This document shows, piece after piece, positions 18,181 to 26,550 of a DNA stretch of 38,607 nt. Numbering within the stretch: position 1 is the first letter of the stretch; each line of letters starts with the position of its first letter. The position numbers were made by a program, and so were the translations under genes. This stretch comes from Elusimicrobiota bacterium (GTDB lineage Bacteria > Elusimicrobiota > Elusimicrobia > UBA1565 > UBA9628): the NCBI GenBank assembly GCA_023700845.1, contig JAMPYD010000002.1, positions 1 through 38,607 on the forward strand, in the 5' to 3' direction. Under the pieces are notes generated by a model. That model was not told where the DNA came from, did no database searches, and saw only the letters and a program-made list of their open reading frames with translations.

Positions 18181-19624
18181 GGGGCTCGTCCTCCTTCGGC
18201 GCGACGGTCTTCGACGTCAGAGGCAGCGTGAAGCGGAAGCAGGCGCCCGCGCGCGGCGCGTTCTCCGCCCAGATGCGCCCCTCGTTGAGGGTCATGATCT
18301 CCCGGGAGATCGCGAGCCCGAGGCCGGTCCCCTTATAGCCCTCTCCGCCGCGCGCCCGGTCGAGCTGGACGAACTTGTCGAACAGCTCCCCGATCCTCTC
18401 CGCGGGGATGCCGGGGCCGTCGTCGGTGACGCTGACCATGACCTCGTCCTCGCCCGCCTCGGCCCGGACGACGACCCGGCCGCGCGCGTAGCGCCGGGAG
18501 TTGTCGAGGAGGTTGCCCAGAACCTGGGCGATCATGTCCGCGTCCACCCTCACGCTCGGCAGCTTGATGGGCAGCTCGACCTGGAGGGCGATCGCCCGCC
18601 CGCGGTTGGCCAGGCGCACCCCTTGGCAGACCTCCTCGATGAGCGCGAGGGGGTCCAACGGCTGGCGCCTCACGCGCGAGCGCCGCGACTCGAGGCGCGT
18701 CAGGTCGAGGAAGTTGTTGAGCAGGCGCGTCAGCCGGCTGATGTGGCGGTCCGCGGTCGCGATCATCTCGGTCTGCTCGTCGGTCAACGGGCCCGCCAGG
18801 TGGTCGCGCAAGGTGCCGACGACCGCCTTGACCACGCTCAGCGGAGTGCGCAGCTCGTGGGACACGGTGCTCAGCAGCTGATCCTTGAGCTTGTCGGTGT
18901 GCCGCCGCTCCTTCACCTCGGCGCGCACCTTCTCGAGCTTCTTGAGGTCGGAGACGTCCCGGATCGTGACGACCCAGGCGGGATAGCCCTTCCACTCGAG
19001 CTCGCCCGCGCGCATCTCGGCGCTGAGCTCCTCGTCGCCGTGCCCGGCCAGCTTCACCTCCACGGGCCGGCCCGGCGTGAGCTCGAAGTCGAACAGGCGC
19101 CCGACGAACTCCTCCCATCTCCGGCGGAACAGCCGCAGCGCCGCCGCGTTCGCGTAGCGCACCATGCGGCTGCGGTCGACGATGACCATCCCGTCGGGCG
19201 AGCCCTCGACGAGGCGCTCCATCTGGTGGAACAGGCGGTCGCGGGCCAGCGCGAAGCCGATGGCGTGGCGCAGGCGGCCGGCGTCGAGCTTGCTCTTCGG
19301 CAGGAAGTCCTGGGCGCCGTGCGCGATCGCCTCGAGGCCCATGTCCTCCTGGTCGAGGTTGGTGAGCACGACGACCGGCAGGCTCGGCGCCTTCGCGCGG
19401 ACCTTGACCAAGGTGTCGAGGCCCCGGCTGTCGGGCAGCATCAGGTCGAGCAGCACGATGTCGTACTCCTGCCGGGAGAGCAGATCGAGGCCTCCCTGGA
19501 GGCTCACCACGCTCTCGAGCACGTATTTGACGCTCTCCCCGCAGGCCTCGTTGACGTACACGCTCATCAGCATCGTGTAGTCGGGGTCGTCTTCGATGAG
19601 AAGGACTCTGACGCGTTGCTCCAT
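18161..19624 (-). CDS. Hybrid sensor kinase: N-terminal receiver + PAS + HisKA + HATPase_c
   Basis: Trimmed to ATG 19624 (MEQRVRVLLIEDDPDY...), 487 aa. Receiver IVLLDLMLPDSRG, PAS-like SPDGMVIVDRS..., H-box STVSHELRTPLS, N/G boxes GNLLDNSRRY, DDGPGIP, GTGLGLAISREI. The remainder of the 1086-aa track ORF is a shadow frame. Confidence 0.88.
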   Translation of the reverse strand: MEQRVRVLLIEDDPDYTMLMSVYVNEACGESVKYVLESVVSLQGGLDLLSRQEYDIVLLDLMLPDSRGLDTLVKVRAKAPSLPVVVLTNLDQEDMGLEAIAHGAQDFLPKSKLDAGRLRHAIGFALARDRLFHQMERLVEGSPDGMVIVDRSRMVRYANAAALRLFRRRWEEFVGRLFDFELTPGRPVEVKLAGHGDEELSAEMRAGELEWKGYPAWVVTIRDVSDLKKLEKVRAEVKERRHTDKLKDQLLSTVSHELRTPLSVVKAVVGTLRDHLAGPLTDEQTEMIATADRHISRLTRLLNNFLDLTRLESRRSRVRRQPLDPLALIEEVCQGVRLANRGRAIALQVELPIKLPSVRVDADMIAQVLGNLLDNSRRYARGRVVVRAEAGEDEVMVSVTDDGPGIPAERIGELFDKFVQLDRARGGEGYKGTGLGLAISREIMTLNEGRIWAENAPRAGACFRFTLPLTSKTVAPKEDEPHAQTRS

Positions 19625-20910
19625 AGGGCCTCCACGGGCGCGGCGACGGCGGGCAGGACGATGGTGAAGCGCGCGCCCCGTCCCGGGGCGCTGACGACGG
19701 CGATCGAGCCGCCGCGGCGGTCGACGATCCGGCGGCAGATGGCGAGGCCCATGCCGCTGCCGGGGTACTCGTGCCGCGCGTGCAGCCGCTGAAAAGGCTG
19801 GAAGATGCGCTCGGCGAACTTCATATCGAAGCCGATGCCGTCGTCCTCGACGACGAGCTCGGCGCCTCCGCCCTCGAGCGCGCGGGCCCGCACGCGCACG
19901 CGCGGGGGCCGGCCGGGCTCGGTGAACTTCAGAGCGTTGCCGACGAGGTTCTGTAGGAGCTGCTTCAGCTGCCGGGGGTCGCCCTTCACGACCGGAAGGC
20001 GGCCGACCCGGACGTGCGCCCGCGACGCCGCGATCGCGGCGTCGAGGTCCGAGAGGACCTCCGAGGCCGTCGCCGACAGGTCGACGTCTTGAGGCGCGGC
20101 TTCCCGCGAGGTGATCCGGGCGAGCGACAGCAGCGCGTCGATGAGCTCCTGCATGCCCTCGAGCGAGCGGCCCATGCGCCGCAGGAAATCGAGGCTCGTG
20201 GCGTCGAGGCCGTCGCCGAGCCGCAGCCGCAGCTGCTCGGCGAAGGCCGAGGCCTTGCGCAGCGGCGTCTGCAGGTCGTGCGACGCCACGTAGGCGAACT
20301 GGGTCAGCTCCTCGTTCGAGCGGGAGAGGGCGGCCTCGGCCGACTTGCGGGCCGTGACGTCCTCGAAGGCGAGGCCGAGCAGCGGCCCGCCCAAGGGGAA
20401 GGCCCGGATCGAGAAGCGGCGGCCGGGGGCGCGCGACGTGACGGGGAAATCGTCGAGCTCCACCTCGCGGCCGCGCCGCAGGGCCTCGACGCAGGCGCGA
20501 GGCAAGGGGCCGCCGCGCAGCTCGGGCGCGAAATCGAGGAGGCGCCGGCCCGACGGGTTCTCCTCCCCGGCCGCGGAGAGCCGCATCCCCGCGGGGTTGA
20601 AGTCCACGATGAGCCAGCTGTCCGGGTCGGCGGGCTTCTCGACGCGCAGCACGGCGATGCCGATCGGCAGCTCGGAGACGATGCGGCGGTAGAGCTGGAT
20701 GCGCCGCCCGTCTTCGTCTCGTCCGAGCGCCGCGACCCGCAAGGTCGCCTTGGCGTCCGCGAGCTCCTCTTCGCGCCGGGCGAGGAGGGCGCGGAGCTCC
20801 TCCCACGCGCCGGCCTTCTCGGCGAACATGGCCCTCACGAAGATGGCCGTCGTGGCGGCGGCGGCGCCCAGCAGGACGATGACGGCGGCGGCGGTGTCGG
20901 GGGTCTGCAT
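19567..20910 (-). CDS. Membrane-anchored PAS sensor histidine kinase
   Basis: Trimmed to ATG 20910 (MQTPDTAAAVIVLLGAAAATTAIFV, one TM), preceded by GGAGAG SD, 447 aa. PAS ELPIGIAVLRV..., H-box YVASHDLQTPLRK, GNALKFT, DDGIGF, GSGMGLAICRRIV. The 3' tail overlaps the next gene by 58 nt. Confidence 0.85.
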   Translation of the reverse strand: MQTPDTAAAVIVLLGAAAATTAIFVRAMFAEKAGAWEELRALLARREEELADAKATLRVAALGRDEDGRRIQLYRRIVSELPIGIAVLRVEKPADPDSWLIVDFNPAGMRLSAAGEENPSGRRLLDFAPELRGGPLPRACVEALRRGREVELDDFPVTSRAPGRRFSIRAFPLGGPLLGLAFEDVTARKSAEAALSRSNEELTQFAYVASHDLQTPLRKASAFAEQLRLRLGDGLDATSLDFLRRMGRSLEGMQELIDALLSLARITSREAAPQDVDLSATASEVLSDLDAAIAASRAHVRVGRLPVVKGDPRQLKQLLQNLVGNALKFTEPGRPPRVRVRARALEGGGAELVVEDDGIGFDMKFAERIFQPFQRLHARHEYPGSGMGLAICRRIVDRRGGSIAVVSAPGRGARFTIVLPAVAAPVEALWSNASESFSSKTTPTTRC

Positions 20911-20992
20911 GCTCTCTCCGGGGGGTATTCCCAGTTTGGCCCCGAAACAAAGTCGTTGCAATGACGCGCGTGTCAGGGAGGTCAGGGCTCGG

Positions 20993-20998
20993 TATAAT
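20993..20998 (+). promoter_or_regulatory. -10 TATAAT, 6 nt upstream of ATG 21005
   Basis: tataat-ggtctc-ATG. Confidence 0.5.
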
Positions 20999-21004
20999 GG
21001 TCTC

Positions 21005-21703
21005 ATGGCAACGCGCCGGAAGATATTGCTGATCGACGATGAGGCCGACATCCGCCGCGCCTACGGGGATCTCCTCGAGGCGGAGGGCTACTCCGTCGCC
21101 CGCGCCTCGAACGTGCGCGACGGCTTCGCCGCCGCGCGCAAGAACATCCCCGACCTGGTCCTCTCCGATGTCTCGATGCCCGGCGGCGACGGCTTCTCCT
21201 TGCTCGCCCGGCTCCGCGCCGACAAGGCCACCGCGCGCGTGCCCGTGGTCCTCATGTCCGGCGTCCGCAAGGGCACGGCGGACCAGGCCGAGGGCCTCGA
21301 TCAGGGCGCCGACGACTACCTCTCGAAGCCCGTCTCCCCGGTCCTCATCCGCGCCAAGGTCGCGGCGGTCCTGCGCCGCTACGGCGCGCCCGAGGAGCTC
21401 GGCGAGACGCTCAAGGCGCACGGGCTCGTGCTCGACGTGGTGGCGCGCACGGTGACGGTCTCCGGAAAGCGGGTCCGCCTGACGCGCAAGGAGTTCGACC
21501 TGCTGACCACCTTTCTGCGCAAGCAGGGGCGGGTGCTGACCGTTCCCTTCCTTTTAGAGACGGTCTGGGGCTACGACCCGGCGGACTACTCCGACCCCCA
21601 CACGATCGGCGTGCACGTCTCGACCTTGCGGCGCAAGATCGGGACGAAGCTCGCTCAGCGCATCGTCGCCGTGCCGGGCCTCGGCTACCGCTTCGAAGCC
21701 TGA
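21005..21703 (+). CDS. Response regulator, OmpR/PhoB family
   Basis: Trimmed to ATG 21005 (MATRRKILLIDDEADI...), 232 aa. LVLSDVSMPGGDG, YLSKPV. wHTH LTRKEFDLLTTFLRKQGRVLT...VHVSTLRRKIG...GYRFEA. Confidence 0.9.
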   Translation: MATRRKILLIDDEADIRRAYGDLLEAEGYSVARASNVRDGFAAARKNIPDLVLSDVSMPGGDGFSLLARLRADKATARVPVVLMSGVRKGTADQAEGLDQGADDYLSKPVSPVLIRAKVAAVLRRYGAPEELGETLKAHGLVLDVVARTVTVSGKRVRLTRKEFDLLTTFLRKQGRVLTVPFLLETVWGYDPADYSDPHTIGVHVSTLRRKIGTKLAQRIVAVPGLGYRFEA

Positions 21704-21750
21704 CCGCGGGATTTAGGATAAATTTGGTGGCGGTCCCGCCCCGGCCGCCC

Positions 21751-21756
21751 TAAACT
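21751..21756 (+). promoter_or_regulatory. -10-like TAAACT, 5 nt upstream of ATG 21762
   Basis: taaact-atggc-ATG. Confidence 0.35.
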
Positions 21757-21761
21757 ATGGC

Positions 21762-22160
21762 ATGAAGCCGAAAACCGACGACCGGCCCAAGATCGTCGTC
21801 ATCGACGACGAATCGGACTTCCTCACGGCGATGGAGCGCTCCCTCAAGCCGCTGTACCGCGTGACGACCCTATACGGCAGCGAGTGGACCTACGAGCAGG
21901 TCGCGGCGCTGGCTCCGGACCTGATCCTGCTCGACATCCACATGCCGGAGCAAGGCGGCATCGACCTGTGCCGCGACCTGCGCGCCGACCCGCGCTTCAC
22001 CAACCTGCCGATCCTCTTCCTCACGGCGTCGAGCTCGAACGAGGACTACCGCCAGCACCTGCAGGTCGGCGGGACCCGGTTCATCAACAAGACGGTCGAC
22101 CGCCGGCAGCTTCTCGAGGCCATCGCGGAGGAGCTCTCCGCCGCTCAGACGAACAGCTGA
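21762..22160 (+). CDS. Stand-alone CheY-like receiver protein
   Basis: 132 aa. IVVIDDESD, LILLDIHMPEQGG, FLTAS, FINKTV. Confidence 0.85.
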   Translation: MKPKTDDRPKIVVIDDESDFLTAMERSLKPLYRVTTLYGSEWTYEQVAALAPDLILLDIHMPEQGGIDLCRDLRADPRFTNLPILFLTASSSNEDYRQHLQVGGTRFINKTVDRRQLLEAIAEELSAAQTNS

Positions 22161-23635
22161 TCGTCCGGCCCATCCCACCGGGGCAGCACGAAGGAGAAGC
22201 GCGAGCCCTCGCCCGGAGCCCCTTCGATCTCGAGCGCGGTCCCGTGCGCGTCGAGGATCTTCTTGACGAGCATGAGCCCGACGCCGAAGCCCGCCGCCGT
22301 CTGCCGCCCCTTCTCGGTGCGAAAGCCCGTCAGGATCGCCTCGCGGTCCTCCGGCGCGATGCCGATGCCCGTGTCGGAGACGTACACGCGCAGGCGTCCA
22401 TCCTTCTCGACGGAGACGCCCGCGGAGACGCGCCCGCCCTCGTCGGCGTATTTGACCGCGTTGCCGACGAGGTTGGTCGCGACCATGACCAGCGCCTCGG
22501 GATCCGCCTTCGCCGCCGGCGTCCCCTCGGGGACCTCGAGCGTGAAGGCCAGGCCTTTGCGCTCGTAGATCGGCTGAAGGGCCTTGGCGGCCGAGGCCAG
22601 CACGCGGCCGAGGTCGGCGCGGTGCGGGCGCACGGCGAAGCGCCCAGACTCGAGCAGGCCCAGGTCGAGGAGGTTGCGCGTCGCCAGCGACAAGGAGCGC
22701 ACGTTGGTCTCGATGATCAGGTAATAGTCCGCGCGACGGCCCGTCGGCGCGACGGCCTCGGTCTGCTTCATGAGGTTGACCGTCGTGCCGACGACGCTCA
22801 GCGCGTTGTTGAACTCGTGGCTGGCCATCGAGACGAGGCTGCCTTTCAGGCGCCCGAGCTCCGCCTCCTTCTCGAACTGGGCGTTGAGGCGCGTCGCCAT
22901 CTCTCCCATCGCCGCGTGGAGGTCCGCGACCTCGGGGCCGGCGCCGCGCGGCGGGGGGAAGCTCCAGGGCTTGCCCAAGGTCCAGCGCCGGGCGTTCTCG
23001 CGCAGGGCGGCGACGGGGCCGATCAGCGCGCGCGACAGCATGACCGCGACGAAGGCCGCCGCGGCCGCGCCAGCGAGGAGTATGAGCCTCAGGGCGGAGC
23101 GCGACGCCTCCTCGGTCTCGAGGCGCCTCGCCCGGAGGTCGGCGACGTTGACGTTCGCGAGCTCGTTCAAGGGCTCGGCGACGGCGTCGAGCTCGCGGGC
23201 CCGCCGCGCCGCCGCGGCCGCGTCGGCGGGCGTCAGACGGCCGGCGCGGCGGCGCGAGATCCACGGGCTGCGTTCGGCGAGGTAGGCGGTCAGGCGGCGG
23301 TCCGCCTCGGCGACCGAGGCGCGCGCCCGCGGGTCGGCGGCGGCCGCCTCGAGCTCGCCGAGCGCGGCGCGCACGCGCACCAGGCTCTCCTCGCGGCGCT
23401 CGAGCCAGGCGGGCTGCCCGGAGAGCAGGAACTGGTCGCCGTTCTGGTCCACGCGGCGGAGCTCGTCGCGCAGGCGGGGCAAGGTGGCCAGCACCGTGAG
23501 CCCCTGCTGGAACGCCGCCTCCAGCCGCTCGTGCGCGCGGCTTTGCCGCCAGTACGACGCGCCGACGCCGAGGGAGTACAGCCAGACGAGGCCCGCGGCC
23601 AGCACGAGCTGGGTGCGCAGGTTCGGGGAGCTCAC
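22145..23635 (-). CDS. Sensor histidine kinase (periplasmic helical sensor + HAMP + HisKA + HATPase_c)
   Basis: 496 aa. GTG start in a GTGA overlap with the TPR gene stop. TM1 LVLAAGLVWLYSLGVGA, TM2 LILLAGAAAAAFVAVML followed by HAMP. H-box SMASHEFNNALS, GNAVKYA, DTGIGI, GFGVGLMLVKKI. Confidence 0.88.
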   Translation of the reverse strand: MSSPNLRTQLVLAAGLVWLYSLGVGASYWRQSRAHERLEAAFQQGLTVLATLPRLRDELRRVDQNGDQFLLSGQPAWLERREESLVRVRAALGELEAAAADPRARASVAEADRRLTAYLAERSPWISRRRAGRLTPADAAAAARRARELDAVAEPLNELANVNVADLRARRLETEEASRSALRLILLAGAAAAAFVAVMLSRALIGPVAALRENARRWTLGKPWSFPPPRGAGPEVADLHAAMGEMATRLNAQFEKEAELGRLKGSLVSMASHEFNNALSVVGTTVNLMKQTEAVAPTGRRADYYLIIETNVRSLSLATRNLLDLGLLESGRFAVRPHRADLGRVLASAAKALQPIYERKGLAFTLEVPEGTPAAKADPEALVMVATNLVGNAVKYADEGGRVSAGVSVEKDGRLRVYVSDTGIGIAPEDREAILTGFRTEKGRQTAAGFGVGLMLVKKILDAHGTALEIEGAPGEGSRFSFVLPRWDGPDDQLFV

Positions 23636-24561
23636 CGGGGCGCCTTCTCGCGGTGGATCAGCGCGCGGGCGCGACGCTCGAGCCCCGCGGCCTGGTCGCC
23701 TCGTCCGCGGCGGCGCAGCAGGTGGGCGTAATGACCCAAGGTCCCCGCCAGGCGCGGGCTGCTCTTGCCGTGCGCCTTCTCGAGCTGGTCGACGGCGCGC
23801 CGGTACAGCGCCTCCGCCTCATCGAGCTTCTCCTGGGCCTCGTAGAACAGGGCGAGGTCGTTCAACGCGGCCTCCGTCTCCGGATGCCCCGGGCCCAGCA
23901 CCTTTTCCTTGACCGCCAGCGCTCGCTGATAAAAATCGTCGGCCTCGGCGAAATCTCCGCGCGCGTGGTGGAAGAGGGCGAGGTCGGTCAGGCGGTCCGC
24001 GGTGAAGCGGCTCGACGGGCCCAGCGCCTTCTCGGTGATCGCCAGGGCGCGGCGGTACGCCGCGGCGGCCTCGTCCTCCTTGCCCCGGGCGCGCTGGAGC
24101 GCGGCGAGGTCCGCGAGCCGGGCGGCGGCCTCGGCGTGGCGCTTCGGGTCCTTCTCGGCCGAGGCCAGGGCGCGGCGCAGGAGCCGGGCCGCCTCCTCCT
24201 CCTTGCCGGAGGCCGCGCAGGCCGCGGCGAGGTCGGCGACGGCGGCGGCGGTCTCGGGGGCGTCCGGGCCGTGGCGTTTCTCCAAGATGACCAGCGCGCG
24301 GCGGTAGAGCTTCTCCGCCTTCGACGGCGCGCCCTGCGCCATTCGCAGGTCGCCGAGCGCGTTGAGCGAGGCCGCCAGGCGGGGGTCGTTGGGCCCGAAG
24401 CCCTGCGCCCGGGCGAGCGCCGCGTCGAGCGCGGGCTCGGCCTCCGCGAGGCGGCCTCGGCTCAGGGCGCGCCCGCCGAGCTCCCAGTCGCGGCGCCATT
24501 CGACGCCGCCGGCGCAGGCGCCGAGGAGGAGGCAAAGCAGGATCGGCTTGAAGCGGCTCAC
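23632..24561 (-). CDS. TPR-repeat lipoprotein
   Basis: 309 aa. GTG start, lipobox LLLGA-C. About six TPR_12-like units (e.g. AEKLYRRALVILEKRHGPDAPETAAAVADLA, ADDFYQRALAVKEKVLGPGHPETEAALNDLA). Confidence 0.8.
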   Translation of the reverse strand: MSRFKPILLCLLLGACAGGVEWRRDWELGGRALSRGRLAEAEPALDAALARAQGFGPNDPRLAASLNALGDLRMAQGAPSKAEKLYRRALVILEKRHGPDAPETAAAVADLAAACAASGKEEEAARLLRRALASAEKDPKRHAEAAARLADLAALQRARGKEDEAAAAYRRALAITEKALGPSSRFTADRLTDLALFHHARGDFAEADDFYQRALAVKEKVLGPGHPETEAALNDLALFYEAQEKLDEAEALYRRAVDQLEKAHGKSSPRLAGTLGHYAHLLRRRGRGDQAAGLERRARALIHREKAPR

Positions 24562-24566
24562 GACTC

Positions 24567-24572
24567 ATGATA
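24567..24572 (-). promoter_or_regulatory. -10-like TATCAT, 5 nt upstream of GTG 24561 (TPR lipoprotein)
   Basis: Minus strand reads TATCAT-gagtc-GTG. Confidence 0.35.
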
Positions 24573-24635
24573 GCGATTTCCGCGAGGCCTTGCGATTTAG
24601 AAACTATTTGAAGGGCGCGCTTCGCGGGCGAGGGG

Positions 24636-24641
24636 TACAAT
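24636..24641 (+). promoter_or_regulatory. -10-like TACAAT, 6 nt upstream of ATG 24648
   Basis: tacaat-agtccg-ATG. Confidence 0.45.
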
Positions 24642-24647
24642 AGTCCG

Positions 24648-25103
24648 ATGAAAAAGATCATGATCGCGCTGGCCCTCGCCGTCGCGCCCGTCGGCGCCTC
24701 GGCGCTGGGAGCTATCAAGGAAGCCGGGGTCGGCGTCATCGCCGGCGATCCGATCGGCGGCACGGCCAAGCTGTGGTTCGACGACGTCTACGCGATGGAC
24801 GTCGGCGTCGGCTTCAGCGGCTCCGCGGTCCTCTGGGGCGACTTCATGTATCACGCCTGGAACCTTCTGCCCCCGATCGACGAGGGACGGCTCGGCCTTT
24901 ACTTGAGCGCGGGCCCGCGCATCGAGACCGCGTCGGACACGCAGTTCGGGATACGCACGATGGTCGGGGCGACCTGGCGCCTCTCGCGGCAGCCCCTCGA
25001 GGTCTTCGCCGAGGCCGGCCCGGTGTTCCGCATGACCCCCGCGGGGCGCGTGAACGCCGACGGCGGCGTCGGGATCAGGCTGTACCTCGGCTCAGCGCGC
25101 TAA
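24648..25103 (+). CDS. Small secreted, probably outer-membrane beta-barrel-like protein
   Basis: 151 aa. Signal peptide MKKIMIALALAVAPVGASA, Gly/aromatic alternating strands. No specific family recognised. Confidence 0.5.
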   Translation: MKKIMIALALAVAPVGASALGAIKEAGVGVIAGDPIGGTAKLWFDDVYAMDVGVGFSGSAVLWGDFMYHAWNLLPPIDEGRLGLYLSAGPRIETASDTQFGIRTMVGATWRLSRQPLEVFAEAGPVFRMTPAGRVNADGGVGIRLYLGSAR

Positions 25104-26453
25104 GGCCGCGGCTTCAGTGCGCCAGTAGGCCTGACCCTCGGGCGGCAAGGTGTAGACCGGGTCCAGGTACTCGTAGCGGCGCGTCAACGCGTCCTCGTCG
25201 TCGGCCTCGATGCCGGTGCGGTAGCCCTTGGTCCAGTAGGAGATGCCCTTGACCTTGTCGTAGTCGGCGAGCTGATGGATCCAGCGCTTGCCCACGTACG
25301 GCACGTCGACGGTCACGCGCGGCGTGGCGAAGCCGGGCAGATAGCCCATGATGTCGTGTTGGAGCTTCATGCCCTCGGCGATGGACAGGCGCCAGTGCTC
25401 CGAGTTGGGGATCATGTCGGCCATGTAGAAGTAGTACGGCATGATCTTCGCGTGGTCGAGCAGCATGAAGCACAGCTCGAGCAGGTCCTGGCGCGTCGTG
25501 TTCACGCCGCGCAGCAGCACGCCCTGGTTGCGCACGTCCCGGAAGCCCATCTCGAGCAGCTTGCGCACGGCCTTGCCGACGAGCGGGGTCACCTGTTGGG
25601 CGTGGTTGACGTGCGTGTGCACGGCGATGTCGATGCCGCGGTCCCAGGCGCGCTTGGAGATGCGCTCGAGGGCCTTGAGCACGTCGTCCTGAAGGAAGTG
25701 CTGAGGCAGGCCTTGCAGCCCTTTGGTGGCCAGACGGATGTCCTTGATGTTGGGGATGTCCATCAGCTCCATCAGGAACACCTCGAGCTGGGCGATCGGC
25801 ACGTTGGCCACGTCGCCGCCGGAGACGACCACGTCGCGCACCGAGGGGGTCTTGCGCAGGTACTCGAGCATCGCGGCGTAGCGGTCCTTGGGCTGGCCCT
25901 CGAACTTGTGCTTCTGCACCTGGGGGACGGAGTTGCCGACGAGGTCCATGCGCGTGCAGTGGCCGCAGTACTGCGGGCACGTCGCGATCATCTCGGCGAG
26001 CACCTTGGTCGGATAGCGGTGCGTGAGGCCCTCGCTGGCCCACATCTCGGACTCGTGCAGGCTGTCGCGGCTCGCCTTGGGGTGGTTGGGCCACTCCGTG
26101 TGCCGGTCGGACACGATCGGGATCATGTAGCGGCGAACGGGATCGTTCCGGAGATCCTTCTCGTTCATCGTGTTGAGCATCTGAGGGGGGATGAGCAAAG
26201 ACATCGTCGCCTTCTCGTTCTGGTCCTTGACGATCTCCTCGGCGAGCTCGTCCGTCAGGAACGAGCCGAACGCGTCCTTGAGATCTTTGAGGTTCTTGGC
26301 CGAGTGCTGGCGCTGCCACAGCGCCGACTCCCACTGCTCCTTCGTGACGCCCTTATAGCCCGGCAGGCGCGTCCAATCCGGTTCCTTATACTCCCGCTTG
26401 AGGGGGTACTGGAACGGCTGCCGCGACGCGTCCGCCTTCACTTTCTTGGCCAT
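25092..26453 (-). CDS. kamA: KamA-family radical-SAM aminomutase (lysine 2,3-aminomutase-like)
   Basis: Trimmed to ATG 26453 (MAKKVKADASRQPFQYPLKREY...), 453 aa. Radical-SAM cluster motif CPQYCGHCTR, LTHRYP, VVVSGGD, PYYFYMAD. The symbol is family-level only; substrate specificity (Lys vs Glu) was not determined. Confidence 0.88.
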   Translation of the reverse strand: MAKKVKADASRQPFQYPLKREYKEPDWTRLPGYKGVTKEQWESALWQRQHSAKNLKDLKDAFGSFLTDELAEEIVKDQNEKATMSLLIPPQMLNTMNEKDLRNDPVRRYMIPIVSDRHTEWPNHPKASRDSLHESEMWASEGLTHRYPTKVLAEMIATCPQYCGHCTRMDLVGNSVPQVQKHKFEGQPKDRYAAMLEYLRKTPSVRDVVVSGGDVANVPIAQLEVFLMELMDIPNIKDIRLATKGLQGLPQHFLQDDVLKALERISKRAWDRGIDIAVHTHVNHAQQVTPLVGKAVRKLLEMGFRDVRNQGVLLRGVNTTRQDLLELCFMLLDHAKIMPYYFYMADMIPNSEHWRLSIAEGMKLQHDIMGYLPGFATPRVTVDVPYVGKRWIHQLADYDKVKGISYWTKGYRTGIEADDEDALTRRYEYLDPVYTLPPEGQAYWRTEAAALAR

Positions 26454-26459
26454 GTCCCC

Positions 26460-26465
26460 ATTATA
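26460..26465 (-). promoter_or_regulatory. -10 TATAAT, 6 nt upstream of ATG 26453 (kamA), 5 nt from repeat copy A
   Basis: Minus strand reads ...ctgacaccaa-tttcc-TATAAT-ggggac-ATG. Confidence 0.5.
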
Positions 26466-26470
26466 GGAAA

Positions 26471-26504
26471 TTGGTGTCAGGCCTAACGGTAGTGACAGTA
26501 TTTC
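26471..26504 (-). repeat. 34-bp repeat copy A (inverted relative to copies B and C)
   Basis: ttggtgtcaggcctaacggtagtgacagtatttc. Its reverse complement matches 28131-28164 at 33/34 positions. Confidence 0.9.
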
Positions 26505-26540
26505 GAAGATTGGCATGCAACTTTTTGGGGGGGTCGTTCG

Positions 26541-26546
26541 TATGAT
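26541..26546 (+). promoter_or_regulatory. -10-like TATGAT, 4 nt upstream of ATG 26551 (transposase)
   Basis: tatgat-tggt-ATG. The spacing is shorter than at the other genes, so both the start and the promoter are uncertain. Confidence 0.3.
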
Positions 26547-26550
26547 TGGT

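Noticed and set aside
19625-21421. N-terminal 599 codons of the 1086-aa ORF 18161..21421
   Set aside because: This part is an out-of-frame read across the upstream PAS kinase gene and is R/P/A/G-rich. The real protein begins at MEQRVRVLLIEDD (ATG 19624) with a complete receiver domain.
24608-24613. TTGAAG as the -35 for the small OMP-like gene, and TTGCAA (20956-20961) as the -35 for the 21005 regulator
   Set aside because: Spacing to the -10 boxes is 22 nt and 31 nt respectively, far from the 16-18 nt optimum. No convincing -35 was found for most of the promoters, so only -10 elements are reported.
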